From NCBI GenBank assembly GCA_964016885.1, contig OZ024740.1:388430001-388494000 (forward strand): 64,000 nt of DNA, given 5' to 3'. Positions 12,480 through 26,502 of the stretch are shown one piece after another (the first letter of the stretch is position 1; each line of letters starts with the position of its first letter). The position numbers and the translations under genes are program-made. Origin of the DNA: Eledone cirrhosa. Taxonomy: Eukaryota. Under the pieces are notes generated by a model, which was not told where the DNA came from, did no database searches, and saw nothing but the letters and a program-made list of their open reading frames with translations.

Positions 12480-13730
12480 TAACTAGTAAGCTATTCCAGA
12501 CTACCTTTAATGACAAAGTTTCGAACATGTCCCTTCAGGATATTCCATTCACATTTAAAATTATAACTTTCTCTTCGTCGTTCAAGAGAATAACGACATA
12601 GAGCTTTCAGACATTTCTACTAATTAAGGCATTTAACCGAAATTATGTTACAAGAGAAAGTTCGCAGTAAACCTTCAATTTCTTCTATAGGGACGGGTGT
12701 GTTTGGAAACTAAAGCTGTGAGTAGCTGCTCATATCTAGGTCAGAACAAATGTTTTCCGTGGTGTGCTTAAAACCCGCTGGTTCTTTTGTTACGAAGGTT
12801 CTTAGGATCTATTATCTTAGGTGTCTACATTTCGAGGTCAGTTTGATGATGTGTCTGATGGAACATGCATCATTTTTTATGATTATTCATAAGTCTCCTA
12901 TGTCATCAGCGCTCTGTTGTTATCTGGTGTCCAATAATGTACATTGTGTTTATCCCCTCCGTAATAAAGAACCGGAAATTTGATGCATTCAATTTATTTC
13001 CTATTATTTCATCTGTCCATCAATAAACGAGGTTTAGCTCCTTTCGAAGCGTGATGGCCTTTTTCTGAAATTTGGATAGACATCCATATGTTTGTTTCAT
13101 CGGCATAACGCGTTAGGTTGGCCGAGTGTACCTGTGAGCTTACATTTAATAGTGCGATGATAAAAAATAATAGTCTTAGAACCGTGCCATGAGATATAGC
13201 ATCTATTACAGGTGACCTGGCAGAGAGTAAAGCGTTTGGAGCAATGTATTAATTCCTATCCACTAAGAAATCAATGAGCGATTTCCAGAGGTTTCCTTAG
13301 ATGCTAAAGACTCGTGATTCCATAATCAATATTCTTAAACGCTTTAGCAAAATCGAGGAATATGCAGTTTCTATCCATATGAAGGAACATTATCCTGTCC
13401 GAAAACCAGAGTTTATTTTCCTTAAAGTAGGTAATTATTCTTTCTGAGACAAGGCGTTCTATAATGTTTGAAGTGTGAGATGTGAAAGAAACAAGGTTAT
13501 AATTTTTAACTTCATCCCTGCTACCACTTTTGTGTATAGATGTTACTGCTGCCCCTTTCAGTAGTACTGGGAGTATACTGGTTTCTAACGACTGTTGGAA
13601 TAGCTACTTTAATGGTTTAGGGAGGCTGCTTTTGCAACTTTTGAATTGTATGGCTGGGAGACGCCTGGTCCTGGAGCTGCTTTTGAATCCAGATAATTAA
13701 TAGCTGTAGGTATATCATCTTCCATAATCT
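12480..13730 (-). mobile_element. Decayed CR1/L2/Jockey-type LINE RT fragment
   Basis: Remnants SAPGPG, IHKSGSRDEVKNYNLVSFTS..IIERLV, FLDFAKAF, VPQ-like HGTVL, YAD. Confidence 0.6.
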
Positions 13731-13860
13731 ATACTGTAATAAGAGCACTGTCTCTCTGTCCGTACGTCAGGCTATCTATATATAGAGAGGCAAATACTAT
13801 TCTACTTCACACTCACCCCCTCTCTCTCCCTCGCTGAATAATTCTAACTCTGGCATGTCT
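13728..13860 (+). mobile_element. Possible Helitron-type 5' end remnants
   Basis: ATCTATACTGTAATAAGAGC..TGTCCGT and ATCTATATATAGAGAGGCA resemble TC-starting Helitron 5' termini. No 3' hairpin or CTRR found. Confidence 0.25.
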
Positions 13861-14078
13861 CATTTAATATGTAGAATGATATATAAGAACTGAGCGGTAA
13901 TTATTGTTTAAGGTTCATTTGACTGTATAGATATGTCGTTTTACTTCCAATGCCCCTTTATGTTCTGTTTCAGATGTCCTACATTCGGAGTTTCAGGCGT
14001 GGGGGCTATCAGATAACTTCTGTATTACTTCATTTACCATGTTGTAATTTGTTTACTCATTCCTTATGCTCTTTCATT

Positions 14079-14265
14079 GTGAATTGGCAGTATCGGTAGA
14101 GGGTCGGACATGCTTTCCAGCACAGTTACGTCCCTTTGCGTTCTGAGTTCAAATCCCGCCGAGGTTAACTTTGCCTTTCATCCTTACGGGGTCGATAAAA
14201 TAAAGTACCAGTAATGCACTGGGTATTTGCTGGCCTTGTGCCAAATGTAAAAACAATTATTATTT
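14079..14265 (+). mobile_element. tRNA-derived SINE (cephalopod-type)
   Basis: A-box-like TGGCAGTATCGG, B-box GAGTTCAAATCC, core GTCGATAAAATAAAGTACCAGT. Near-identical copies at 20960 and 26312. Confidence 0.85.
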
Positions 14266-16099
14266 AATTGTACAAAGAGGTCTATTTATATTTTCTAACG
14301 GAGATTTCCTAAAATGTGTATAATTGTTTAAAAGGAACATTAAGAAAATTGGAAAATTTTCTATTATTATGTACGGTCAATTTCTTTCTTAACTTTAAAT
14401 GAATTATATTTATTTTGATTCTGGAAAAGATAGATGTTTATTTTTAAATATTTGTTTTCATAACGTTAATTTACATTTATGTTAAATTTAGTTTGTTTTA
14501 CATCACTTTGTTATAATTTGAAAATTCTATAACTCGTTGTTGAACAATAAGGATAAATAACAGAATACGTTTTAATATAAACTTACATATAACTCATTAA
14601 GGACATTGTCGAGTTTCACGAGCTCAGCTTTTTCATAAAATAAAATTGACTCTTTGCTACTTGCTCATATCCAGGTGCGTCGAAAAGGATGGGCTTACAC
14701 AGTTGACAAATCACTGAGAACCATATTTCGCACGGGCCAATTAGTATCTCTGTAGGCGTATCTCAGCAGCTGAAGATCGAAGACTGTTTGGACTATGCAC
14801 TCTTTTGTTAGAGAGGATGTATTTCTATATTATTGACTCAACAGTTCGAATACTTGTGATGGATTTTAAGTATATGATTTGTGTGCAAATGGCAAATGTT
14901 GATATGGGTAGATTGTGTTTGTGTAGCAATGAGGAAAAGGAACTGAGGATGAGATGATATATTCCCCAATGCACATGATTCTTTAAGAAAAATTTGTTTC
15001 ATAACAAATATTTTTAGCTCTAGATCAATGATCTTTGTATGTTCTATGCAATATCATGTGTAGAGAGAGATTGGTTTTTATTTATTTTTTTTTTAGTTTA
15101 ACTCTGTCACGCATTAATATCTATGTGTCTCATGGAATAAAATTCCCGTGGAAATATGTATGTTTGTATGGGGCATGCGTTTGACAGATTTTTTATTATC
15201 TTTGCATACAGAATCTTCAATTTTTCGTTAACGTTGAATTCGGCAATTCACTGAGACCAGTTGTTTTGTTTAGGAACTCAGTTTCTATTTCATACAGTTG
15301 ACCTTACTAACATTCCGGTTCATGAAGTGTGAATTATGGTTGTTGCCCCTTCTGTATTACGTTGTGGTCCGAAATAACTGTATATTGACCTGTATATTGT
15401 GAATAAAACATGTATTGATGGTAAAACTAGATCGAGTGTGTTATTTACCCAAGATGGATAGGAACAAATGTTTTGCATGAGAAGGGCTTTAGTGGTGTCA
15501 ACGTGAGTACCCATATCAACCCGCTTTAGATGTGGACTTCCAAGCTGGATATAGCCCTCAATCAAGTTAAATTGAGAAAGACAAAATTATGTAATTATGA
15601 GTGTCGATTTCATTCTCAAAACAATGTTGTTGGGGGTAGACGTGTTGTGTAGTCATTATCTTGTTCCTTTTCTTTTTTTTTGCATTTGTGTGTGTGTGTG
15701 TATGTTTCTGTATATGTGTAAGTTTGTGAGTGTGTGAATGTATGTGAGTATGTGTGTGTGTATGTCTATGTGTACGTTTGTGTGAGTGTGTGTATGTGTG
15801 TGTGTGTTTGTGTGTGTTGTGAGTCTTTGTTCCTATTAACTTTGAGGATATTCAGATATGAGGAGCTTCCGATTCCAGAGTCAGGATCGATCATTAATCG
15901 ATCATTCCTCGAGCTGATCGGTGCGTGGGTCCCCGTTTCATTATAATATTGTGAGATAGGGAGAGCAAGAGAGACGGAGGCAGTGACTATACCAGGATTG
16001 CTGAAGTATTATGTAATTGTCAATGGCTTTTATTTTCAGCCATGACAAACTAAACAACTTCTGTCTGATCTGGTAAAGAAGTAGACACCACCACGTTCC

Positions 16100-16400
16100 C
16101 CATTCGTGTTTCAGCATAATTGCGAAAACCGTGCCAAACTGGGTGGGGGAAAGCACAGAGCCCTACTTCATACCGCTACAGATGTTAAACTCCTCCAAAG
16201 ATAAGCAACTAAATTGAAGGGCACCTTCCATATCCACATAAAACGATTGGATTATCTTGAGAAGTCTTGGAGGACAACCAATAAGGACTTTGAACAGGCC
16301 CTCTCTACTGACTAGGTCGGATGTCTTCATGAAGTCAATGAGGGTGAAGTAGAGAGACAAATCATTCAGCCTTTTTAATCTGATTACAAATGCTACTCTG
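16100..16400 (-). mobile_element. Decayed RTE RT fragment
   Basis: IDFMKTSDLVSREGLFKVL-IGCPPRLLKIIQSFY..SGMK*GSVLSPTQF. Confidence 0.6.
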
Positions 16401-17254
16401 CACTGATAAACAGACATATATGAGCGGATGTGTGTGCATGTGTGAACGTGTGTGAGTGTATGTGTGAGTGTGTGCGTGTGTGTATGTGTGTGTGTGGGGC
16501 GGTGGTGGTGCTTGGGGCATACGTGCTAACATATGTGTGTATTGGGGAGTATATGTGTATGTGCGGAGGTATGCAAGTATATGCACATGCATATGTGTGT
16601 GTGTCCATCCATACATGTAAATACATGTGTACCTACTTGAGTACGAAATCCACGTGTGTGCGAGTGTGCATATGTATTTTTTACATGCATTCTGAAGATG
16701 TTTTTTTCCAGGGTGGGGGGACATTAATGAATTATATGTATTGCCTACATATACCTGTATGTGTGGTTTTAACTTTGCATATCAATTTAATTCTATGTAT
16801 GCGATAGATTTGTCAATAGTTAAATTACACGATTTTCATGAAAGTCACACACCAGGATTCCATAGTCATGATATTCTTTTTAATGGAAATACAAAATGAA
16901 CAGATCCAAGTAACGAAGAAATCAACACAAATATATTTAAATCCGCAGTCATGAACTACACCCACAGTTAAAAGCTCTTTAGTTTCTATTTCTTATACAC
17001 TTCTACCTTTCTAAACAAATCTCCTTCAGCCCTAGAAATCGCTTATCTATGCACCATTCACTAGTTTCCAATATTTGTGCTCTTTGATCGCACTACAAAA
17101 GGCATTTTCAAAGAAATGTGTCTCAGAAATATTGAAGAAACCTTTTAACTATATAATTGTTTCTGAAGGAACTATATATAGACAAAATATTCTGCATTAT
17201 TTCTCTCGGTACTTTTTCATCTATCGAATACTTTGTTATATTATTTGATATATA

Positions 17255-18151
<897 letters not shown>

Positions 18152-19738
18152 TATATATATATTATTTGATTTATGCAGAATTTATAACTCCTCGTCTATA
18201 TGTATTTGTATGTGTGTGTGGTTGTGGGTGTGTAGGCGTACGTGAGTGTGTGCGTATAGATATCAGAGGTGACCTCAGCATAAGGGCTACACAGGCAGGG
18301 CCTGAGTACCCCAACTGACAAGTGTCTATTTCAAACCAACAAGTAATGTTTCAAAACTTTGCATTCCTATTTGTAATATTGCTCGGACGTACAGTCGTCT
18401 TTCGTACTGAAAGTTTCTTCTAATAATGGGATATGTCTGGCCAGTTCTCAAGCATAATCTTTAAAATTTTGAATGGTTTTAATTATATAATTTCACAAAA
18501 TATAACTTTGTTACGATTTCATCAGAAAATGGTGACTGAAATAAATTTTGCAGTTCATACTGTTTATATGTTGAAAATTAAATGAAATCTGTCGAAATAT
18601 GTGGGGGTACAACGAAATCCTATCAGAAGTTTCCGAAAATGAAAACTTTTGAAAAACCGACTTGTTGTTGCTAACACAAGTAGTAATAGCATAACAGAAA
18701 TAAAAAAAACATTTTTTTCTCTTTCTTCTACTATACATACTTATAAATTAATTGTATATGAGTTCAACTCAATACATAATGATAATGGCATTAAAAAGTG
18801 TAAGTCAGTTAATATTATTTATTGTATTAATTTTATAAATTAGGATTCTTGTTAGCGATATCTATAATCGTTAGATTAAGCCAACGTTTTTAGGCCGTGA
18901 ACGCAAATTAGGCTGCAAACGAATGAAATTTCTCAATCTTTGATAGAATTTGATCGTTCTTAACATTTACAATGATTCGTAAACTTGGGTTTTCACGGGC
19001 TTTTATTTCCATCGAGAAACAAATACTCGTTGGATTAGAACAATAAAACGAATTACACGGCACTATATAAGAGGATTTGCTAAAGCGCTTAGTTATATAT
19101 TTATTTTTAAGGAGCTCTTTCTTCCTTACGAAAATTTAGGCAATTTTCTCATTAATTGTGCTAGTGTGTGTTCTATGCAAATGTTTGCAGTTTCTATTTT
19201 AGGAAAGGCTTTCAAGGGATTTTAAAATAGAAATGTATTGAAAAGCTTGTGTCTTTTCTGTTACTGTCCACCACAGTAAATACTAACACCAATTACTCGC
19301 CGTATTTCATTTGTTAAATGAAAAGAAACTGCAGAGGTACATTTTCAAAGGTGTAGTTCATGATTATTTCGATGAATTTAAACGCACGCATATTTTAGTT
19401 GTTAATAGGACGTTACATTCTTATAGAAAATCTACGATATTATACTAATTTATATTTCTTATCACATCGTAAATTAGAATTCACGGTCAACACGTTTAGG
19501 TTTAGTTGATTTACAAATACACAACCAAAGTATGCTGTGATAAACACATTACAATCTCTAAATGTAAGATAACATTTGTTTTTAAATGTCATCAACAGAA
19601 ACGTGGTCTATTCTTTTGAAAACCTATATTTTCAAAATTTCATTACTAAATATACATTACTAAAAAATATATACTAAGAAACAAATCTGGAGGCAGGGCA
19701 CTAAACTGTAATCTATGTATATATACATATACATGCAA

Positions 19739-19821
<83 letters not shown>

Positions 19822-19824
<3 letters not shown>

Positions 19825-20536
19825 AGAAAAAATTTACGAAATGGAAATGCGGGTATATAGAATTTATTAGGTAACAATTGTTTCTATAGTGTATGAGTTA
19901 CCTATACCTCGCTATTTGAATAATACACAAATATTATCAAAAACCGAAAGTACACTGTAAGCCAACACACCATGTCATCAGACCTTTGTATTAGAATGAT
20001 ATGAAAATATTTTATACACTAGATAAAAGATAAAGAAGGAGGTAGGAAGAGAAGGGGAAGAGGAAGTGAGTAAGGTGGAGGGAGTCTTAGGGTTTAAGAC
20101 TGTCAGACTAGTAGAGATTGTGGAGAGAGAATGTTTTGGCAGCAGTTAGCTTAATGAGGCGTGCTAACGTTGGCTGGGAAGTAGATTCTTCTAGTGGTGT
20201 TGTTCGGACAAAATTTAGTTAGAGGGGTCAAAGCGGTACAGTGTCACAGACAAGTTATTAGGGCTATTATAGTAGCAGGTTATTTCTAAAGGGGTCCAGA
20301 AAAACAGTGTTTAGTACTATTATTATAGAAAGCCATACCTAGTGTATAAACATATAAGACAGAAATTTGCAAACATTGGTGTAAAAAGGTAACATTATAT
20401 GCATTTAAAAAAAGAAAAAGTCGTTTTCAAACGATGGTTACAGTATAGAGAACGTTCAATTTTGCTGTTCAAAAGTTTGTTTACCGACGTTAAAATGCAG
20501 TATATCTCTAAATTGCATAACTTGCAAAATCGATGA
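19822..20536 (-). mobile_element. 3' fragment of a Penelope-like element with HHR-bearing end, between (TA)n tracts
   Basis: CKLCNLEIYCILT..LLNSKIERSLYCNHR (20395-20530) matches the C-terminus of the neighbouring PLE. HHR at 19869-19985. Confidence 0.75.
19869..19985 (-). ncRNA. Type I HHR with ~90-nt stem II domain
   Basis: AGGU-CUGAUGA-[CAUGGUGUGUUGGCUUAC...GUAACUCAUACACUAUA]-GAAA-CAAUUG-UU/ACCU. Confidence 0.7.
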
Positions 20537-20604
20537 TATATATATATATATATCAAGAAAGAAGAGTGACATGGTTTGCTATACAATAAGGGCTTTATTC
20601 ACAT

Positions 20605-20712
20605 TGCTGACAATTGTTTCTCTGGACTGGTAGGTCTAGAGATCGCTACCCGCCTGTTTTTGCGTCAATCGATCACCAATACTTTGTTATAACCAGTCTA
20701 TTCATCTGAGCA
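20605..20712 (-). ncRNA. Type I HHR with 81-nt stem II (core CAGAUGA, one mutation)
   Basis: UGCU-CAGAUGA-[..GACUGGU..ACCAGUC..]-GAAA-CAAUUG-UC/AGCA. Confidence 0.6.
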
Positions 20713-20959
20713 TGCGAGAATGAAGGATATCCACAGGCATGGCTTCTATATATAGTAGTGGCATTAAATCAGAACAATAATAACAATACTCAAATAAATT
20801 AGCTAAATAGGAAATAGTTAAAACTATCACAACATCAATCTAAGTAAGAAATAGAGTATACTGATGACTTTAGCATGTAAAACGAACTGATACGAAACAG
20901 ATGTATGAAATTGACATGTGAAAGCTGTCATGGGGTACATTATATATAGTGTAGGGAAA

Positions 20960-21146
20960 AGGTGGATTGGCAGTATCGGTAGAAAGTCGGACGCCATGCT
21001 TTCCAGCATAGTTACGTCCCTTTACGATCTGAGTTCAAATCCCGCCGAGGTTGACTTTGCCTTTCATCCTTACGGGGTCGATAAAATAAAGTACCAGTAA
21101 TGCACTGGGTAATTGCTGGCCTTGTGCCTAAAGTAGAAACAATTAT
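20960..21146 (+). mobile_element. tRNA-derived SINE nested in the PLE 3' region
   Basis: Same family as 14079. Confidence 0.85.
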
Positions 21147-21775
21147 ATATAGTGTAGAGATAACCTGGGGCTTGAAATAATGGACCATTTACTTTACTGT
21201 AGGTTTGCTGACCGTAAGATTTATTTATTATCTGACAGATAAAATGTTTTCATTGTAGTGAGGATAGTAATTTTTATATGGTGTAAAGTGGATTTATTAT
21301 TTAAGTGGTCTATATTAGATGTAGGAATTGTTAGTTCGAATCATGGGGGTTGTTTAGCTTTCACAGCATCAATAACAAATCATGCATGAATAAGACAACA
21401 ATAACAACAATATAGGCAATAAGGTAATACAGAGGTTAAGAAAGCAAGGTATATATAGAGAACATGATGAATGGATACATTGGGGTATTCCTTATAACAA
21501 CATGGGGAAGGTGATATTTCAAAGACTGTGGTAGTAGTAAAATAATGTACTTAGAATTAAGTTCATCTGTTGAAAATCAAGAGTGCTAATGTGAGGAGGT
21601 GGTGTTGACAGCAGCCGAGAAAAGATATATTTATGGGTTGATAAGATATTTGCAGACATTACTGTGGTATAGAATTAAGGAGGCTAGAAGCTGTTTAAAG
21701 AATATTATAGTTCTGTGGTTGTCTGTGTGAGAGTGCGGATTTCATATGTTGAATGCTAAGTTATGTTGGTTCGAA

Positions 21776-24205
21776 TCACGGTGGCTTAAATCTTATGAAT
21801 TTAGTAGCGATCCTGTGTCTGCAGAAAATTGACCTTTCTATTTTGTTGTTGAATAGCCTTTTATCGTTCCTAAGCATATACAGTAATTCAAGGTCGCAGA
21901 GCCTACAATAGGACATACCGGTATTATATGCCCTTGCGGCTGACAACCTCGACCAGTTGATATTGTAGTCGATGTTATTGTCCTTAAGTTCCCAGATTTT
22001 TTTGGCGAGGGTTGTAGAACCTATTAGTGCAGGTTCTTCATCGAATGTCTGTGCACATACCATCTTTTTTTAAACGTACCCGCGGTGGATCCAATGTAAT
22101 GCCAGGTGGAGTTTTCCGAGTTCACCGTACACATGTACACTAGGCTCGAATCAAGGCATCTGTTCGCCAATGGGCACCTATCTGGTAGGTGATAATTACA
22201 GTTTGAGGTGTTATTCCGTGCACTTTCCACATTGCTTTTTTGTACACTGCTATAAGTGGGTTGTGATTCATGCCAGTTTGGGGTTTTGCTGCGGTGCGCT
22301 CGTATGCGTTTGCGGTTGTGATACGGTGATGTGTTTATGTTTAGAATTTGGTGCTATGTTGCGTATAGGTGGGGTGGTTTCCTTAGAGGTATTTCTGTGG
22401 TTGATCTTGCGTATGTGGGATTCTATATTTGAAGCCGTAGAGTATGAGAGTTTTATAGTTTTTCTATTGAGGATTTTATTATATCTATGTGATATAGGGA
22501 AGTGTTTATCTATTAGTTTAAAAAACGTAGAAGGCAGTCTAGTTTTTACAGAGGAGTTGAAGATTGGATTAAACCATAGGTATTTTCTTTCCCTAATTCT
22601 TCTATAGTTTCTAGGGTTTACATTAATCGTGTTTGGACCATCTACTCTAGGTGCTATTTGCCTACTTCTATGTCTAGTCCCGTTACCTCTATTTTTGTCT
22701 GAGCGGTTGGTGTCAGTGTTAGTGGGTTTGTTTGAGTTGTCCTTATCCGTTATAAACTGTAGCTTTTCTTTGTGTCCAGCCCTATGTAATGCCGCGATAT
22801 AATAGTTAGCATGCTATGTAACGCCGCGTTATAATAGTTAGCATGCTCATTAAAAATGTCTAGGTTTGAGGATTAGCGGGATATTCTAAGGGATATACTA
22901 CGTGCTATGGATCTGATTATGGATCGGGGGTGGTTTGAATTATAACTAATGTAGGCCAGATTTTCATTATTTTTGTGGAAGGGTTCTATTAATCCCGTAT
23001 TTAGATTTAGAGTTACATCTAGAAAGTTTGCCTTTTTATGATTCAGTTCGTATGTAATACTTAGGCCTAGTTTTTTGAAGAATGTTCTAATGTTTTTTCT
23101 TAATCTTTCCATGCTCTGGTTATTTAAGTTCCTAGCTCTAAGGAGCGTGTCATCTCTATAAATCCTTGGAGGTTACTAAATTTTTTATGTAGGTTGTGTG
23201 CTATAAATAACCCCACGACGTCAGTGATTTGCGCTGAATCGTTCGACCCCATTGTGATATCGAAGCTGTTTATCCTATCTTTTCTTACCCAATAGCTATT
23301 TTCAAATTTTATGATAGTCCTTCTAGCAGCTAGTATTATTTCAATTTCATCAGGGGTAAGATCGGAGTTATTTTGGGCAAATATAAGCGCCATATCTAGG
23401 GTGGCTGGGGATACGGATGCGTAGTAATCGTTTATATCGAATTGTATGAAGTTAAATGCTTCTCTATTTCCTATTTTACTGAACCATTCAATCGCTTCGT
23501 TAGTGTTACCCCATAAATTGATTTCTAGTTTCCCCTTTATTTGTGCGATTACCCTATCTAGAATATTCTTGCTGATTTTATCTATATCCGACTTAGATAG
23601 GCATATTAATCTAATAGTAGGATTTGCTTCAAAATTGTTTTGTGATCCTTAAGGTTAAATGTGGGGTTGCATGGGGTTAGAGGCTCGGTTCTATCGGATA
23701 TTCCGAGTTTATTTACTATTCTAAGACCTTCCTTATTAATGCTGGTGAGTGTGGATTCATTTGTTTTTTTGTATTTTTTGTGTAGTTCACGCTGAATGAA
23801 ATTATTGTATGTGTTAAGGTCCATAGAATATACGTTTGATGTTTTGTCTGCCTTTACTATGATACCGTTGGTGTCTTTTAGTTTTTTTAGTAGTGTATTG
23901 ATGTCATTTTGTAATTTGTAGTGGTGTGTTCTTTTTTTGAATTTAGTTCCACTTATCATATTCATAAGGACCAGCTCGAAGGCATCGAGCGTGGGGTTGT
24001 TTGGAGGGTTTTTGCAGGATTTGAATCCGTAATTCTCCTTGGAAAATTCTCTTGTGTTAATAGCTGGTCCTTTGTCGAAGTGGTAAGCCTTCCATCGGAC
24101 CCTACGGATGAAATCATTAGTCCGATGTATTATGCCTAGTGTATAGTCCTTATTTGTAGGTATAGGTATGTTTTTCAGTGACATGCCTATGCGGTGCTTT
24201 TCCAT
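21776..24205 (-). pseudogene. PLE ORF (RT, GIY-YIG endonuclease), multiple frameshifts and a 32-bp tandem duplication at about 22785-22848
   Basis: SLKNIPIP, KADKTSN, LKDHK, FDITMGSND, FLDVTLNL, SNHP, CPLANRC..LVY..YIGST..FKKRW, CRLCDLE..CRHR. Confidence 0.85.
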
Positions 24206-24387
24206 GTTGTTGCCGTGCGTTAATGATGTTGCTCAACCAGGCGGGAGCTATGTATACGGGATTGATGTTGTGATAGTTTTAACTATTTACTATCTAGCTA
24301 TTTTATTTGAGTATTGTTATTATTGTTCTGATTTAATGCCACTACTATATATAGAAGCCATGGCTGTGTATATCCTTCATTCTCGCA

Positions 24388-24495
24388 TGCTCTGATAAAT
24401 AGACTGGTTATAACAAAGTATTGGTGATCGATTGACGCAAAAATAGGCGGGTAGCGATCTCTAGACCTACCAGTTCAGAGAAACAATTGTCAGCA
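24388..24495 (+). ncRNA. Type I HHR with 81-nt stem II (core CUGAUAA, one mutation)
   Basis: Mirror copy of 20605-20712. The two arms carry different core mutations, so the consensus is CUGAUGA. Confidence 0.6.
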
Positions 24496-24721
24496 ATGTG
24501 AATAAAGCCCTTATTGTATAGCAAACCATGTCACTCTTCTTTCTTGATTTATTATTACTCCAAGTGTAAACTACATAGAAATCACCGCGTACTCGCAGCA
24601 TCAATATGGAAACGCCTTGTTGAGTCAAACTTAGCCAAGCGTTAGTACTATCCACTACTCGGAGTACCCTAACTGGACTACATCTAAGTGGAGACTACCT
24701 ATAACAATAATTTGTTATCCC

Positions 24722-24813
<92 letters not shown>

Positions 24814-24814
24814 T

Positions 24815-25173
24815 ATTAGAAAGTGAGGTTTTTTTTACAAAATGAAAAATAACCGAGGTGTCCTACACGAGTGAAAGTATAAAGAAAAAGAGATGAAATC
24901 GAAAATGCAACTGGAGTCTTATTTTTTTTAAACATATATTTATTTATTTGGTTCCTTTACCGGTTTCGCAGTTCTTCTGCTTTTCAAAAGGTGAGTTGAG
25001 ATGGAGGGTCTGTGGTTTTTCTCACATCAGACGTGAGAAAAACCACAGACCCCCCATCTCAACTCACCTTTTGAAAAGCAGAAGAACTGCGAAACCGGTA
25101 AAGGAACCAAATAAATATATATATTTTTTTAAAAAATAAGACTCCAGTTGCATTTTCGATTTCATCTCTTTTT

Positions 25174-25180
<7 letters not shown>
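24815..25180. mobile_element. Non-autonomous fold-back element (arms 24878-25025 and 25033-25180, 7-nt loop) with an HHR in each arm and a left tail
   Basis: Near-perfect ~150-bp palindrome between (TA)n tracts. Confidence 0.85.
25067..25104 (+). ncRNA. Minimal type I HHR, U3-A8 core variant (mirror copy at 24954-24991, minus strand)
   Basis: CCUU-UUGAAAA-GCAG AAGAA CUGC-GAAA-CCGG-UA/AAGG. Confidence 0.7.
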
Positions 25181-25250
<70 letters not shown>

Positions 25251-25261
25251 CATACATATAC

Positions 25262-25345
<84 letters not shown>

Positions 25346-26311
25346 TAAGTAATCACTTTTCATCAGTTTCGATGATGAGATTTCCAGTTCTTCTATCATC
25401 GAAACGGCCTACTTATTGAATTTATGTGTAAAAGTCTGTCATCCCCGGATAAGAAGATTCTTAACAGCCTCATCAGATTCGTATAAAAAGGAATCGACTG
25501 AAGTAATATCCAAACCACACTGATGCGTTCAATTAAATATGAGAAGTCATTAATGACGATGACGAAATAAGAACAGTAGTGAGATGCTAATAACTTCTCT
25601 GGTAACATAAAGTGAAAGAACTGTGAAGAAGCACACTACACTTTAATGGAATATGAAATGTTAGTCAAGTACAATGGAGAAGGCCAATTTACTGGACAAT
25701 ATAAAAGCTTCAAACAGTGAAATACATAGTTGTTCTGAATATTTTTAGCATGCCATCAATGTAATAGCTATTTGTTAAATGTATGCCAACCATCTATATA
25801 CTCAAAATAAATACACAAAGCTAAATCATATATATTACCTAAATAGCCCGTCATATAACATTTCAACAGCTATAATTGTATAAACCATTACACAAGCTGT
25901 AGATAATTATGGCATTTTAATTCTGACAAGAATACATTATTGTTTAGAGAAAAAAAATTATTTATAAATCGAATAAATAATCCCAAAGATATATATATAT
26001 ATATACGGTACAAAATCATTACGTTAAATATATCTGAATGAAGAGTATAGCATTTTACGGGAATTTTCAAATATTTATATATGCGTGAATTGTGAGGCAT
26101 GTAGATAATTTCTGGCATGGTTGGAACTGGAACAGAAACTCGGATCAAGGCTTTTATCCTTTTCAATCTACGAATATGCCAATATATCAGCGTTATTATA
26201 GAATATATATAATGTTTCCTTATATAAACCGTTTGTTCATATGAAGTCACAACTAAATATCGAAAAACGGATAAATGTGCAGTTTATCACGAATCTTCAT
26301 TATTTTACTTA

Positions 26312-26502
26312 AGGGCGGTGAATTGGCAGTATCGGTAGAGGGCTGGACGCCATGCTTTCTAGCATAGTTACGTCCCTTTACAGTCTGAGTTCAAATCCCG
26401 CCGAGGTTAACTTTGCCTTTCATCTTTACGGGGTCGATAAAATAAAGTACCAGTAATGTGCTGGGTAATTGCTGGCCTTGTGCCTAAAGTAGAAACAATT
26501 AT
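26312..26502 (+). mobile_element. tRNA-derived SINE
   Basis: Same family as 14079. ACTTAAG on both flanks may be a TSD. Confidence 0.85.

Larger units (their letters stand above)
20551..24722 (-). mobile_element. Penelope-like element (RT + C-terminal GIY-YIG; tentatively Hydra clade) with inverted pseudo-LTRs, in (TA)n
   Basis: Arms 20551-20840 and 24260-24548 are inverted copies, and 24549-24722 is an unpaired tail. A SINE is nested at 20960. Confidence 0.85.

Noticed and set aside
14079-14265. tRNA gene
   Set aside because: The A/B boxes belong to a multi-copy SINE and there is no cloverleaf.
21776-24205. Selenocysteine-type UGA read-through as described for some PLE clades
   Set aside because: The breaks are frameshifts and a 32-bp duplication, not in-frame UGA at Cys positions, and the domain order is RT then EN.
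25355-25480. Possible HHR (minus CUGAUGA-GGCU..GGCC) next to a GTTTCGATGAT/ATCATCGAAAC hairpin
   Set aside because: GAAA does not follow stem II in the correct orientation and no stem I could be built. At best a rearranged relic.
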